A DNA stretch of 64,000 nucleotides from assembly GCA_963676835.2 (NCBI GenBank), contig CAXXFF010000002.1:352001-416000 (forward strand), in the 5' to 3' direction. Both the position numbers and the translations under genes were made by a program. The notes beneath the pieces are model-generated. The model saw nothing but the letters and a program-made list of their open reading frames with translations. It did not search any database and was not told where the DNA came from. Positions 48,425 to 58,456 of the stretch are shown one piece after another. The stretch's first letter is position 1. Each line of letters opens with the position of its first letter. Source of the stretch: Marispirochaeta sp. GTDB taxonomy: Bacteria; Spirochaetota; Spirochaetia; JC444; Marispirochaetaceae.

Positions 48425-49720
48425 TTACGCCTCTTTGCTGCCGGCATCAAGGGTTTTGGGCAGCACCAGATTCAGAATAATTCCCACAAGGGTAGCCAGA
48501 GCAACATCGGCAAGTTCAAAATTCAGTCCTTCAGAAATGGGGAAGAACACTTTTCCACCGCCGATACCGATAACCAGAATTACTGAAGTAATGGTCAGGT
48601 TCCGCTTACAGGTGTAGTCAACGCCGCTTTCCACCACGGTACGAATACCGGCAGAAGCAATAATTCCGAAGAGCATCATACTGATTCCACCCATAACAGG
48701 GGTAGGAATGGTCTGAATAAGCGCTCCCACGGGCTGAAAGAAGGAAAGGACCAGGGCAATAACAGCAGCGCCGCCGATAACCCATACGGAATAAACCCGG
48801 CTGATAGCCATGGCACCGATATTTTCTCCGTAGGTGGTGTTGGGTGGTCCACCGAAAAGGGCCGCCAGAGCGGTTGCCGCACCATCACCTGCCAGCGTAC
48901 GGTGAATACCGGGATCTTTGTAGAAATCGCGGCCTACAACCTTGCTGACAACCATGGTGTCCCCCAGGTGTTCTGCAATGGTTGCGAAAGAGACCAGCAG
49001 GAAGGTCAGAATCGGAACAAAACTGAACTTGGGTATGGCGAACTTTGCAATTCCCAGTAAGGGAGCATTTACCACCGGAGCAAAGTCCACGATTTTGAAG
49101 GAGGGAACAAAGCTTCCCATAATCAGGGTGAAAATATATCCGCCGGCAATTCCGATAAGAATTGGAATAACCGTAAAGAATCCCCGCAGTACAATTGCAG
49201 AGATAATAGCGATTCCAAGGGTTACCGCAGCAATAATAACAAAGGAGCCGTTATAGCCGTTACCGGCATCCGCAAAGGGATACATAGCCATATTCATTGC
49301 AACCGGAGCAAGCTTCAGTCCGATTACAATAATGACACTTCCGATAACCACCGGAGGAAGCATCCGGTCCAGCCAGCCGATACCAATGCGGCTGATAATA
49401 AATGCAACCAGCAGATAGAAGAGTCCGACACAGAAAGCGGCTCCCAGGGCGTACTCAACTCCGAAGGTTGCAGAAACTGCAGTCAGAGGGACAATGTAGG
49501 CGAAAGAGGAACCAAGATAGGTAGGGACTTTTCCGCCGGTTATAAGAATATAGAGCAGCGTTCCGATACCGGAGGTAAAAAGAGCAGTAGCAGGACTCAG
49601 CCCGGTAAGCAGGGGAACCAGTACGGTGGCACTGAACATGGCAAAAACATGCTGAAAACTCAGGGGAATCCATTTGGAAAGTGGGGGACGATCATTCACA
49701 TCATAGACCGGTGACGACAT
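48425..49720 (-). CDS. uraA: Uracil/xanthine permease (NCS2/NAT family)
   Basis: QHVFAMF..TVLVP, YLGSSFA, EHLGD, GGPPNTTYGENIG; AAGGAG SD before ATG 49720. Confidence 0.9.
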   Translation of the reverse strand: MSSPVYDVNDRPPLSKWIPLSFQHVFAMFSATVLVPLLTGLSPATALFTSGIGTLLYILITGGKVPTYLGSSFAYIVPLTAVSATFGVEYALGAAFCVGLFYLLVAFIISRIGIGWLDRMLPPVVIGSVIIVIGLKLAPVAMNMAMYPFADAGNGYNGSFVIIAAVTLGIAIISAIVLRGFFTVIPILIGIAGGYIFTLIMGSFVPSFKIVDFAPVVNAPLLGIAKFAIPKFSFVPILTFLLVSFATIAEHLGDTMVVSKVVGRDFYKDPGIHRTLAGDGAATALAALFGGPPNTTYGENIGAMAISRVYSVWVIGGAAVIALVLSFFQPVGALIQTIPTPVMGGISMMLFGIIASAGIRTVVESGVDYTCKRNLTITSVILVIGIGGGKVFFPISEGLNFELADVALATLVGIILNLVLPKTLDAGSKEA

Positions 49721-49907
49721 GTAACACTCCTTCTGCAAGGGCGTTTCGGACCGGGCATAATAACAGCACCCCTGCTCTTCGTTTGGATGATTATATACCT
49801 GATTATTTTAATAAAAGCAAGTTAACCCCTCTGGAGAGAATGGAGTAGATTATCCTCTCCAGCTGCCTTATAATGAAAGCACGATAATCAATACACCGGA
49901 GCACACT

Positions 49908-51479
49908 ATGCTATCCACCCGGGAAGAGGCCCTCTCTCAGCTCGTTCGGACCAGCAGCCTCATATCCGAAGAATTTCAATTCCGTACTCTTATTTCCCGT
50001 CTTGTGGAACAGGCGCAGGATGTGACTCAGTCAGACCTGTCCGCCCTCTATCTGTTTCAGGATCCGGAAGCAAAGCGGAGCTCCCTGAAACTGGCCTATA
50101 AACGGGGCCGCTACCCAATTACCGGAACCCTTGCTGCGTCAAATGAAGTTGCCGATTTTGTACAGGACTGCGGAGAGGCGGTAATCCTTACCGAACGCAA
50201 ACCCAGCCCCTTCATAGGGCTGCTTCTCCACGAAGAGATGAAAAGCGGCGTGGCTGTTCCCATTAAAACCGCCAAAGGGCGCATCGGCATTCTCTATCTC
50301 AACTCCAGGCAGGCCAACTTCTACAGCAGTATCCGCTTCAGTTTCATTGAAAGCTTTACCCGTCTTGCGGGGGGAATGCTGCATAACGCCAGACTCTTCC
50401 AGGAGACCCGTGAATACCTGCAGCGCATAGAAGAGATGGAACGCTATCAGGAAAGCATCTTCTCATCCATGACAAACCTGCTGATAACCACCGACGATGC
50501 CGGAACAATCCACTACTTCAACAAGGCAGCCGCAGAACGGATGCAGCTGACAGAAAAGGATCTGGGCAGGGATCTGGGCGATTTCTTCAGTAAAAAGATA
50601 GGCAGAAAGGTTATCAACGCCCTGAATGCCAGTCAGGAGAGCGGTAAAGAGGTTCTGGGTATAGAAGGGATATACCGGGGCGCAGAGAAGGAGATGGACT
50701 TCTCTCTGAATGTATCTCCACTGCAGGGGAAACGGGGCCGACACGAAGGACTTACCCTGCTGTTTACTGACCAGACCAGTGAACAGGAACTGAAGGCCAG
50801 CATGGAGGTAGCCAAAGAGGAGCGGCGGGTTATCAAGGATATGTTCGCCAGGTACATGTCCAACGATGTTGTGAGCGAACTGATGAACACCCCGGATCTG
50901 GTCAAACCCGGAGGGGATCAGAAACGGGCAACCCTCTTTTTTGCGGATATTGTGGGATACACCGCCTTTTCCGAAGGCAAGGAAGCTGCCTACATAATCG
51001 AACTGTTGAATGAATTCTTCTCTGAAGCCGTGGAGGTGGTTCTCCGCAATAAAGGCTACATAGACAAGTTCATCGGTGACTGTATTATGGCCGCCTGGGG
51101 CGTCCCTCTTTCTTCAGAAAAAGAGGATGCTATCCGGGCGGTGAGTACTGCCGTGGAAATCCAGAGGATGGTGCGGGACAAAAACCGTCGCTTCTTTACC
51201 GGAAAGGCCAAGAATCTGAAACTTGCCATCGGCATGAATACCGGCCCCCTGGTTGCAGGAAATCTCGGATCAAGCCAGCGGATGGACTATACTGTCATCG
51301 GAGATACCGTTAACCTTGCCGCCAGACTTGAAGGTGTTGCCGCTGCCAACGAAATTATCATAACCCAGGACACCATGGACCTCATTGACGGTGAGTTCAA
51401 GGTTCAGAAACGAAACCCGGTACAGGTTAAAGGCAAAGCCAAACCTATTCAGATATACAACGTTATCGATTTTCGCTGA
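49908..51479 (+). CDS. GAF-PAS class III adenylate cyclase
   Basis: FADIVGYT, DKFIGD, GNLGS..RMDYTVIGDTVNLAARLE; upstream TAGATT-17-TATAAT. Confidence 0.9.
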   Translation: MLSTREEALSQLVRTSSLISEEFQFRTLISRLVEQAQDVTQSDLSALYLFQDPEAKRSSLKLAYKRGRYPITGTLAASNEVADFVQDCGEAVILTERKPSPFIGLLLHEEMKSGVAVPIKTAKGRIGILYLNSRQANFYSSIRFSFIESFTRLAGGMLHNARLFQETREYLQRIEEMERYQESIFSSMTNLLITTDDAGTIHYFNKAAAERMQLTEKDLGRDLGDFFSKKIGRKVINALNASQESGKEVLGIEGIYRGAEKEMDFSLNVSPLQGKRGRHEGLTLLFTDQTSEQELKASMEVAKEERRVIKDMFARYMSNDVVSELMNTPDLVKPGGDQKRATLFFADIVGYTAFSEGKEAAYIIELLNEFFSEAVEVVLRNKGYIDKFIGDCIMAAWGVPLSSEKEDAIRAVSTAVEIQRMVRDKNRRFFTGKAKNLKLAIGMNTGPLVAGNLGSSQRMDYTVIGDTVNLAARLEGVAAANEIIITQDTMDLIDGEFKVQKRNPVQVKGKAKPIQIYNVIDFR

Positions 51480-51518
51480 TAACCATTCAAGAGCGATTTC
51501 TATACATTGGAGGATTCT

Positions 51519-54107
51519 GTGAATATTGCAGAAATTTTGAGCTCAATGCCCCTTTGGGTATACATTCTCGACGGCGTAATCATCGCCGCGATTCTTGCCG
51601 TCATTGTACGGACACTGATTCAGAATACACTTCTGAAAAAACGGCTGGAAAAAGCCTGCCTGGACAGGGAAGCAGCCCAGCTGCTGATTCTTGAAAAATA
51701 CTCCTACCAGGTACTGCTGCGGAAGTCAGCCTATATTGAAGCGGCGGTCGACAAATACGGCGATGCCCTGATTGATTATCTGGATATTGCCGACAAATGG
51801 GTGGAAGAGCTGAAGACCCGCAGACGGATTAAGGATATCCGCCGGGTGCTTAAATACATCCCCGAGAAAGGGCTTTTCTATGTCTTTCTTGCAGTCCTGG
51901 AAAAACCGAAAAGAGTTCAGCTTCTCTCAACCTGGCTGAAAGAGAGCGGAGACCTGCTGGCCATGCGGCGAATTGCCCTCTCCGGCAGGGGAGAAAACTT
52001 TGACGGCGCCAGGGCCCTGGGAATATTCGAGGAATACATTCCCCAGATCCGGGAAATGACCGGGGACCCCGAATGGGCATCCCGCTATTTTGCGGTAAAG
52101 ATTCTCCTCCACCATGATGATGACCGGTCACGCCGGGCGGTCTTCGATTCACTCCACGACTCCCACGCGCTGGTACGCCGCACTGTTGCAGGTGAATACA
52201 TTCACAGCGATGAAGAGGCCTTCTACCGGGAACTGGTATTTATCTTTACCGAGGATCCCGTATTCGAGGTACGAAGGACAGCCAAAGAGCGGCTGAACAG
52301 TGATTATGCCGACAGGGAAATTCTGGATGTTAAGAGTCTGAATGATGTACAGGCTTTTCATATCCTCGATCTGATGAATCCCGAATTCGCCCAGGATGAG
52401 AATACCGCCCTCTCCTTTCTGGACAGCGACAACCTGGAACTCAGACTCAGCTCCGCCTACTTTCTGGACTCAATCAAGGCACTGGACAGACTCTTTCTAC
52501 AGGCAGAAGCCGGAGACAGGGAGCAGTTCAACCGCAACTACAAGCTGTTGAAAAAGTCCTCGGAAGTGGGCATAACCTCCTTCCTGAAACTTGTAGAGAG
52601 CACCAAAAATCCGGCCAGCCTGCTTATGGCTGCCAGACTGCTGCAGAAAACCGGCTCCCGGGAAATTATAACCAGTCTGACCCCCACGGTATTCGCTCTC
52701 TCACCGGAAGAGAAAAATCATGCCGACTACCGGGAACTCTATGATGAAACTCTCAAGGCAATAAAGTATAACGGCAATGCCGATGCTGTACGTCTGCTGT
52801 ATACAGAACTGGAAAAGTTCAAATACCGTGAAGATTTTCTCAATAGAATTCTACCGAATCTCCCGGAGAACGGGGATAACATTCTGGTGCCCCTGCTTAT
52901 CGGCATGCTCAAAGACCCGAAGGTCCCGGCCAGGGATCTGCTCAGAGAGACACTGCTTAAATACCGGGAGTGTTTTTTCCTTGGAGAGATTATCTCAATC
53001 CTCAAGGCCGAGCGGGGGATCTTCCCCCATCAGGTCCGTATCGATGCACTGAAGCTCCTTGCCCAGCTGAAAAAACCCTACTGCCTGCAGCAGGTACTGG
53101 AGAATCTCTCCATACTGCCCCTGGATCAGGCCCGTATTTTTACCACCCTTTTAGCAGAGTTCAGCGGAGACCTTTTCAGCAGTCGGGTTGATGTTATCCT
53201 GAAGGATGACGACGCCCAGGTAAGAGCAGCCCTGATTGCAGCCCTGCCGGCTACCGGTTTCAAGGAGTTTGTTACCCCTATACGGAAAGCCCTGAAGGAT
53301 GCGGATCCGGATGTACGCATTGCCGCCGTCTGGGCCCTGCATGACTACCAGGAACAGCGATCCCTCAACTCCACCGTCGACATGCTGCGGGACCCGGTTG
53401 AGCGGGTCCGCGTGGAGGTTGCCCGGGCGCTGGGCTCCTACGGCAGTGAATCAACCCTGGATCGGCTCAAGGAGCTCCTGTTTGATGAAAATGAGGTGCC
53501 CACAATAAAAATTGCCGCCACCACCGGCCTCGGTTTTTCTGAAACCCAGGGCAGCGTTGATGTGCTGGTGGAAAAACTTCGGGATATGACCGGCGAACTC
53601 CATGAGGAAATTATCGAAGCCCTGTCGGTCAAACATGATGTTAAAGGCCTGACAAGGATGGTGGAAATCTTCAAGGATGCGGAACCGAAGATCAGGGAAA
53701 AAATGAGCGAAGCCTTCAAGCGGATGCGCATGAAAGGGGAACCGGCACTTATCAATCTTATTCAGGAAGATATCCCCAGCCTGCTTCCCCTGGTCTATGA
53801 CATCCTGGAAGAGACCGGCTGGGTGGAGAGCATAATCCGCAGACTGGCCCATAAATCACCGGAAGTACGCCGGGAGGCCGCCTCATTGCTGGCAAAAATC
53901 GGAACCAGAGCAGCCTTCCGGGGAATTGTACTGGCCGCCAGAGATCCTGACGAGGATGTACGGGTGGAAGTAACCAGGGCCCTGGAAAACCTCAACAGCG
54001 GCGAGGGCACTGAAATTCTCCACGATCTGGAGAATGATCCCGACAAACGGGTGCGGAAATACACCCTCTGGGCCCTGGAACGGATAAAGGCGAAGAACAC
54101 CGATTAA
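51519..54107 (+). CDS. Membrane-anchored HEAT-repeat protein
   Basis: One N-terminal TM; repeated D.D..VR..A..AL units; GGAGG SD before GTG 51519. Confidence 0.85.
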   Translation: MNIAEILSSMPLWVYILDGVIIAAILAVIVRTLIQNTLLKKRLEKACLDREAAQLLILEKYSYQVLLRKSAYIEAAVDKYGDALIDYLDIADKWVEELKTRRRIKDIRRVLKYIPEKGLFYVFLAVLEKPKRVQLLSTWLKESGDLLAMRRIALSGRGENFDGARALGIFEEYIPQIREMTGDPEWASRYFAVKILLHHDDDRSRRAVFDSLHDSHALVRRTVAGEYIHSDEEAFYRELVFIFTEDPVFEVRRTAKERLNSDYADREILDVKSLNDVQAFHILDLMNPEFAQDENTALSFLDSDNLELRLSSAYFLDSIKALDRLFLQAEAGDREQFNRNYKLLKKSSEVGITSFLKLVESTKNPASLLMAARLLQKTGSREIITSLTPTVFALSPEEKNHADYRELYDETLKAIKYNGNADAVRLLYTELEKFKYREDFLNRILPNLPENGDNILVPLLIGMLKDPKVPARDLLRETLLKYRECFFLGEIISILKAERGIFPHQVRIDALKLLAQLKKPYCLQQVLENLSILPLDQARIFTTLLAEFSGDLFSSRVDVILKDDDAQVRAALIAALPATGFKEFVTPIRKALKDADPDVRIAAVWALHDYQEQRSLNSTVDMLRDPVERVRVEVARALGSYGSESTLDRLKELLFDENEVPTIKIAATTGLGFSETQGSVDVLVEKLRDMTGELHEEIIEALSVKHDVKGLTRMVEIFKDAEPKIREKMSEAFKRMRMKGEPALINLIQEDIPSLLPLVYDILEETGWVESIIRRLAHKSPEVRREAASLLAKIGTRAAFRGIVLAARDPDEDVRVEVTRALENLNSGEGTEILHDLENDPDKRVRKYTLWALERIKAKNTD

Positions 54108-54454
54108 AAGGTAATTACCTTATAGCCCTTTTCAATATAACTGCTCATTGAGGGGTGACCTTTCAGGTCGCCTCCAAGGGGCAGTCCCTGGGCTTCAACC
54201 TCTTTGAGCACTCCCAGCTTGGCGGAACAGGCCTGGCAGACAATATCGATGAGTCCTGAATCTTTGAGCTTCACCCAGAGATTACCAAAAGGAGCATCCG
54301 GCTTAACCAGCTCCCGGGCAACGGTAACCGCCGAGCCTTCCAGCACAACCTTCACATCGTATCCCTTCTCCTGCATGTCAAAGGCGTTGAGCATTACATG
54401 AACAAAACAGACAGGATCTCCATTAAACGCGAACAGTACAAATTTCTCAGCCAT
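54104..54454 (-). CDS. DsrE/DsrF-like small protein
   Basis: CFVH.MLNA.D, VVLEG, VCQACS, GYKVITF; GGAGG SD. Confidence 0.75.
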   Translation of the reverse strand: MAEKFVLFAFNGDPVCFVHVMLNAFDMQEKGYDVKVVLEGSAVTVARELVKPDAPFGNLWVKLKDSGLIDIVCQACSAKLGVLKEVEAQGLPLGGDLKGHPSMSSYIEKGYKVITF

Positions 54455-54586
54455 ATCAGCCTCCATTTTTAACCCGATATCCCGATTATACCCCGATCAG
54501 GCCATAAGAGGCTGTCTAATCTTGAATTTATGGCCCTGTACTGGTACAAAAAGACAGTAATTTTCTTCAAGCAGAAGGGGTGTTCC

Positions 54587-55195
54587 ATGCGTATTGTCTG
54601 TCTCGACCTGGAAGGGGTTCTGGTACCTGAAATCTGGATCAATGTAGCTGAAAAAACCGGAATCGAAGAACTGCGGCTGACAACCCGGGATATCCCTGAT
54701 TACGATGAACTGATGACAAAGAGGCTTGGAATCCTTGATGAGCACAATCTCAAGCTCAAGGATATACAGGATGTGATTGCGGGAATGAGCCCCCTTGAAG
54801 GTGCCAATGAGTTCCTTGAATCACTTCGTTCCGCCTACCAGGTGATTATCCTCTCGGATACCTTCGATCAGTTTGCCTCCCCCCTGATGCGTCAGCTCGG
54901 ATGGCCGACACTTTTCTGCAATACCCTGGAGATATCCGATGACGACCGTGTGACAGGATATACACTCCGCCAGAAAGATGGCAAACGCAAGGCTGTTGAA
55001 GCGTTAAAATCCCTGAATATGCATATAGTCGCCTCCGGGGACTCCTATAACGACCTTACCATGCTGCTCAATGCACATGCAGGTATTCTCTTCTGTCCTC
55101 CGGACAGCATAATAGAAGAATACCCGAACCTTCCGGTAAGCAGAGAGTACTCAGATCTCCGCAGGGAGATCGATAACAGTTTCCGTACTATTTAA
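54587..55195 (+). CDS. thrH: Phosphoserine phosphatase / homoserine phosphotransferase ThrH (HAD)
   Basis: CLDLEGVLVPEIWI, TTRDIPDYD.LM, ILSDTF, GDSYNDLTML. Confidence 0.92.
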   Translation: MRIVCLDLEGVLVPEIWINVAEKTGIEELRLTTRDIPDYDELMTKRLGILDEHNLKLKDIQDVIAGMSPLEGANEFLESLRSAYQVIILSDTFDQFASPLMRQLGWPTLFCNTLEISDDDRVTGYTLRQKDGKRKAVEALKSLNMHIVASGDSYNDLTMLLNAHAGILFCPPDSIIEEYPNLPVSREYSDLRREIDNSFRTI

Positions 55196-55215
55196 TACCG
55201 AAGACACATAGGAAT

Positions 55216-55245
55216 TTGCATATTTACCTCTTTTACTGATATTAT
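55216..55245 (+). promoter_or_regulatory. Promoter of the OmpA-DUF4230 operon
   Basis: TTGCAT-18-TATTAT with extended TG. Confidence 0.55.
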
Positions 55246-55306
55246 AAGCGGAGATGTCTATCTCCGGTTATAGTTCCGGTATGAAGTTAAATATGTGAGG
55301 ACCAAC

Positions 55307-57850
55307 GTGCAAAACCACCGTATTCTGCTTTTGTTGTCTGCCCTTATTCTTATACCTCTGCTCCCTCTGCAGGCAGGAGGACAGCAGGAGATACCGGCGG
55401 ATCAGCTTCCGGCCGTGGATCAAAGTGCACCTTCCGGTGCACAGCAGGATCCAGTTGAGCTTTTTATTTTTTCAGACCCATCAGTAAGCGAACAACTGCT
55501 CTCTCCCAACGGAGATGATTTTCTTGAAAAAACAAGCATAGGCTTTTCCCTGAAAACAATGGCGGAAACAATGCCGGCGGAAGATGCGGTATTCGGGATA
55601 AGCATAGCCGGACCCGATGGCAAAGAAGTTTTCCGCACCACCAGTTCAAGTATTCCCGCCCCGGGGTACCGGAGCCATTTTGACCTGACCTGGGACGGGG
55701 CTGACCAGGATCGCATGGTTCTGGCAGACGGGCTCTATACTCCCAGACTCTTTGTCTATCAGAACGGCGGCATTGCCGCATCTCTGGTTCTGGATCCGAT
55801 TGAGCTGGACAGTACTCCGCCGGAGATCAATTTCATAAAGCCGGAAAATCTGCTGTTCAGTCCCAACGGCGACGGCTTCCATGAAACCCTGACCATAAGC
55901 CATATAGCAGAAGAGGCAGACTGGACTGCCTTCCTCATAGACAGGAACAAAGACATTGTCCGGCAGTACTATTGGAAAAACCAGGTTCCCGAGCCGATTA
56001 CCCTGGATGGAACAGACGACAGCGGCCGCAAGCTCCGGGACGGACTCTATTTCTACAAGATCAGCGGAAAGGATGCCGCGGGGAATTCCACCGGCGAGAT
56101 ACTCCTGGAAGGTATCGAAATCGATTCAACCCTCCCGGAGCTCGAGCTTTCCGTCAACTATGACGCCTTCTCACCCAACAGCGACGGGTATCAGGATACG
56201 GTTCTGGCCATTCCCCAGTTTACCTACCGCGACAGGGTTGTCGACTGGGAAGGAACTGTGGAAGGCACCGATACCCCCTTCAGCATGAGTTTCCGGGGAA
56301 GAAAAAAAGATCCCTTCCCTTTTACGTTCAAAGGGCTGAATGAAGAAAACGGCCCGCTCCCCGAAGGGATCTACCGTATCCGCTACAGCCTGACCTACAG
56401 AAACGGAATTCAGCTTACCCAATCGGTGGACGTGGAAATCGACCTCACCTTTCCGGATGTGGATATCCGCTACGAAGAGAAGTTTACCCCCAACCAGGAC
56501 TTCAACAATGATGAGGAAGACATCGTAATGTCCTCCGATGAGGGCGTTACCTTCCGGGGCGAAATCGTCAACCAGCAGGGAAAGGCCCTGAAGGTTTTCT
56601 CAGCCATCGGAACCTCGGCAGCAGTCTCCTGGGACGGCTCTGATCAGTTCGGCAAAGCCGTCCCGGACGGCACCTACTATCTTGCGGGACGCTATCAGGA
56701 TCCTGCAGGCAACGGGGCCAATCTCGATCCGCCGTATCCCATTCTGGTCGATTCCAGGCCTACCGGTATCGATATGCAGATCCCTTCAGGATTTTCACCC
56801 AACAAGGATGATATAGACGACCTTCTCCCGGTGGGAATTATTCACGATGTTCCAAACATTCTGAAAACCTGGAAAATCACTTTTGAATCTGAGGGGGGGA
56901 CAAAGATTCAGTCCTACTCCGGGGGTGAAAATATTCCGGACACGGTGTTCTGGGACGGCTCCATAGCCGGAAAAACCGGTACCACCGCTGAGGACGGCCG
57001 CTATCTGGCCCGTCTTTCTCTAACATACAAGGACCGCAGTCCCGTTGAGTTTCTCTCCCGGCCCTTTCTGCTGGATACCCACCCGCCGCGGATTCGGCTT
57101 CAGGTGTCCCCCGCCAATTTTGAGCGCGGCACCGACCGGGTCTTCGGTACCGTACCGATTACCATCGGCGCTGAAGATGAATCCGATGTGGGCTACTGGA
57201 TTCTGGATATAAAAAACAAGGAAGGGGAAATTGTCCGCAGCTATGAAGGCGACGGCGATCCCCGGGAGCATATATGGTGGAACGGCCGGGATAATGACGA
57301 CAAACCCGTGGAAGACCCCGACCAGTACACCTTCCAGGTAACGGTAATTGATAAACTGGGAAACAAAGGCGTCCTTCAGGAAGATCACGATATTGACGTG
57401 GTGGTAATCTGGAAGGATGGTAAATATTACCTGCTGGTACCGAACATTATCTTCGGAGCCTATAAGCACGACATAGACTCCGCCGGGCCGGTTATGCTCA
57501 AACGCAACAGGGAAACCCTGCGTAAGGTACTGAAGGCCTTCACAAAATATCCGGACCGCAGCCTCACCCTGGAAGGACATGCACTGAATATCTACCGCGG
57601 CGGCCCCGGAGAAGAGGGAGAGGAAGATATCCTCGGCCCCCTGACACAGCGGAGAGCCTCAACCGTACGGGATGAACTGATCAGTATGGGATTTGATCCG
57701 GAAAGAATATCAGTGGAGTTCTTCGGCGGACGGGAACCAATGGCACCGGTGGATGATCTTCGGGTGCGCTGGAAAAACCGCCGGGTTGAGTTTGTCATGT
57801 CCGGAGAGGAGTTGGCGGAGCCCCCCGAAGATGCAGGGACAAATGAATGA
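55307..57850 (+). CDS. Exported protein with ~6 FlgD-Ig-like repeats and C-terminal OmpA-like domain
   Basis: Repeated (F/L)(S/T)PNxD and WDG..DG.Y motifs; LEGHA, L.QRRA..V, NRRVEF. Start GTG 55307 (or 55295). Confidence 0.85.
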   Translation: MQNHRILLLLSALILIPLLPLQAGGQQEIPADQLPAVDQSAPSGAQQDPVELFIFSDPSVSEQLLSPNGDDFLEKTSIGFSLKTMAETMPAEDAVFGISIAGPDGKEVFRTTSSSIPAPGYRSHFDLTWDGADQDRMVLADGLYTPRLFVYQNGGIAASLVLDPIELDSTPPEINFIKPENLLFSPNGDGFHETLTISHIAEEADWTAFLIDRNKDIVRQYYWKNQVPEPITLDGTDDSGRKLRDGLYFYKISGKDAAGNSTGEILLEGIEIDSTLPELELSVNYDAFSPNSDGYQDTVLAIPQFTYRDRVVDWEGTVEGTDTPFSMSFRGRKKDPFPFTFKGLNEENGPLPEGIYRIRYSLTYRNGIQLTQSVDVEIDLTFPDVDIRYEEKFTPNQDFNNDEEDIVMSSDEGVTFRGEIVNQQGKALKVFSAIGTSAAVSWDGSDQFGKAVPDGTYYLAGRYQDPAGNGANLDPPYPILVDSRPTGIDMQIPSGFSPNKDDIDDLLPVGIIHDVPNILKTWKITFESEGGTKIQSYSGGENIPDTVFWDGSIAGKTGTTAEDGRYLARLSLTYKDRSPVEFLSRPFLLDTHPPRIRLQVSPANFERGTDRVFGTVPITIGAEDESDVGYWILDIKNKEGEIVRSYEGDGDPREHIWWNGRDNDDKPVEDPDQYTFQVTVIDKLGNKGVLQEDHDIDVVVIWKDGKYYLLVPNIIFGAYKHDIDSAGPVMLKRNRETLRKVLKAFTKYPDRSLTLEGHALNIYRGGPGEEGEEDILGPLTQRRASTVRDELISMGFDPERISVEFFGGREPMAPVDDLRVRWKNRRVEFVMSGEELAEPPEDAGTNE

Positions 57851-58443
57851 TACAGACAGCCGCAGCACGGCGGGTCGGGTTTCTGCTCTACTTTCTTCTG
57901 ATCATAAGCCTGTTTTTCATCGTAACCGCGATCGGATGCAGCAATAACCAGTTCCGCGAACTTGATGTTGTTCAGAGGCAGATCCGTTCAGTACTGGAGC
58001 TGCCTTCTTATGAGCATGTTTATCATGAAGTGATATATCTCGGCGAGGAGAGCAGTTTTCTCGGGATAAAAACCAGAGACAAGAGACTGCTTTTCTCTCT
58101 GGATATGCATGTCCTGGCCGGAATCGATCTGGATAAGGGAATCAAGCTTATACCCGGAAAAAAAGGCAGCCTGGAAGTAACGCTTCCTCCACCGGCGGTC
58201 CTGCTCATAGATGCCGATGAGGAGAGTATTCATCAGTATTTCATTCTGGAAAGGGGCAGTGCCGTAACCCAGACCGATTTCTACCGGGAGATTGAGGCAA
58301 GCAAGGCTTCAATCATGGAGGACGCCCTGCAGCGGGGGATTCTTCAGAAAGCCCGGGAAAATGCCAGGGATATGGTTCGGTCCATTCTACAGGGTGCAGG
58401 ATTCTCGGATATCCGTTTTGCCGAAGCCCGGAGCGAATCATGA
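57847..58443 (+). CDS. DUF4230-like anchored/lipoprotein
   Basis: ATGA overlap with the OmpA gene; TM then IGC; LEL, V.AGIDL, LPPP, GIL.KA.ENA. Confidence 0.75.
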   Translation: MIQTAAARRVGFLLYFLLIISLFFIVTAIGCSNNQFRELDVVQRQIRSVLELPSYEHVYHEVIYLGEESSFLGIKTRDKRLLFSLDMHVLAGIDLDKGIKLIPGKKGSLEVTLPPPAVLLIDADEESIHQYFILERGSAVTQTDFYREIEASKASIMEDALQRGILQKARENARDMVRSILQGAGFSDIRFAEARSES

Positions 58444-58456
58444 AAAGAGGAGAAGC

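Noticed and set aside
49721..49800. Possible PyrR attenuator upstream of uraA
   Set aside because: No AGUCC..GAGAGG binding loop and no terminator with U tail in the leader.
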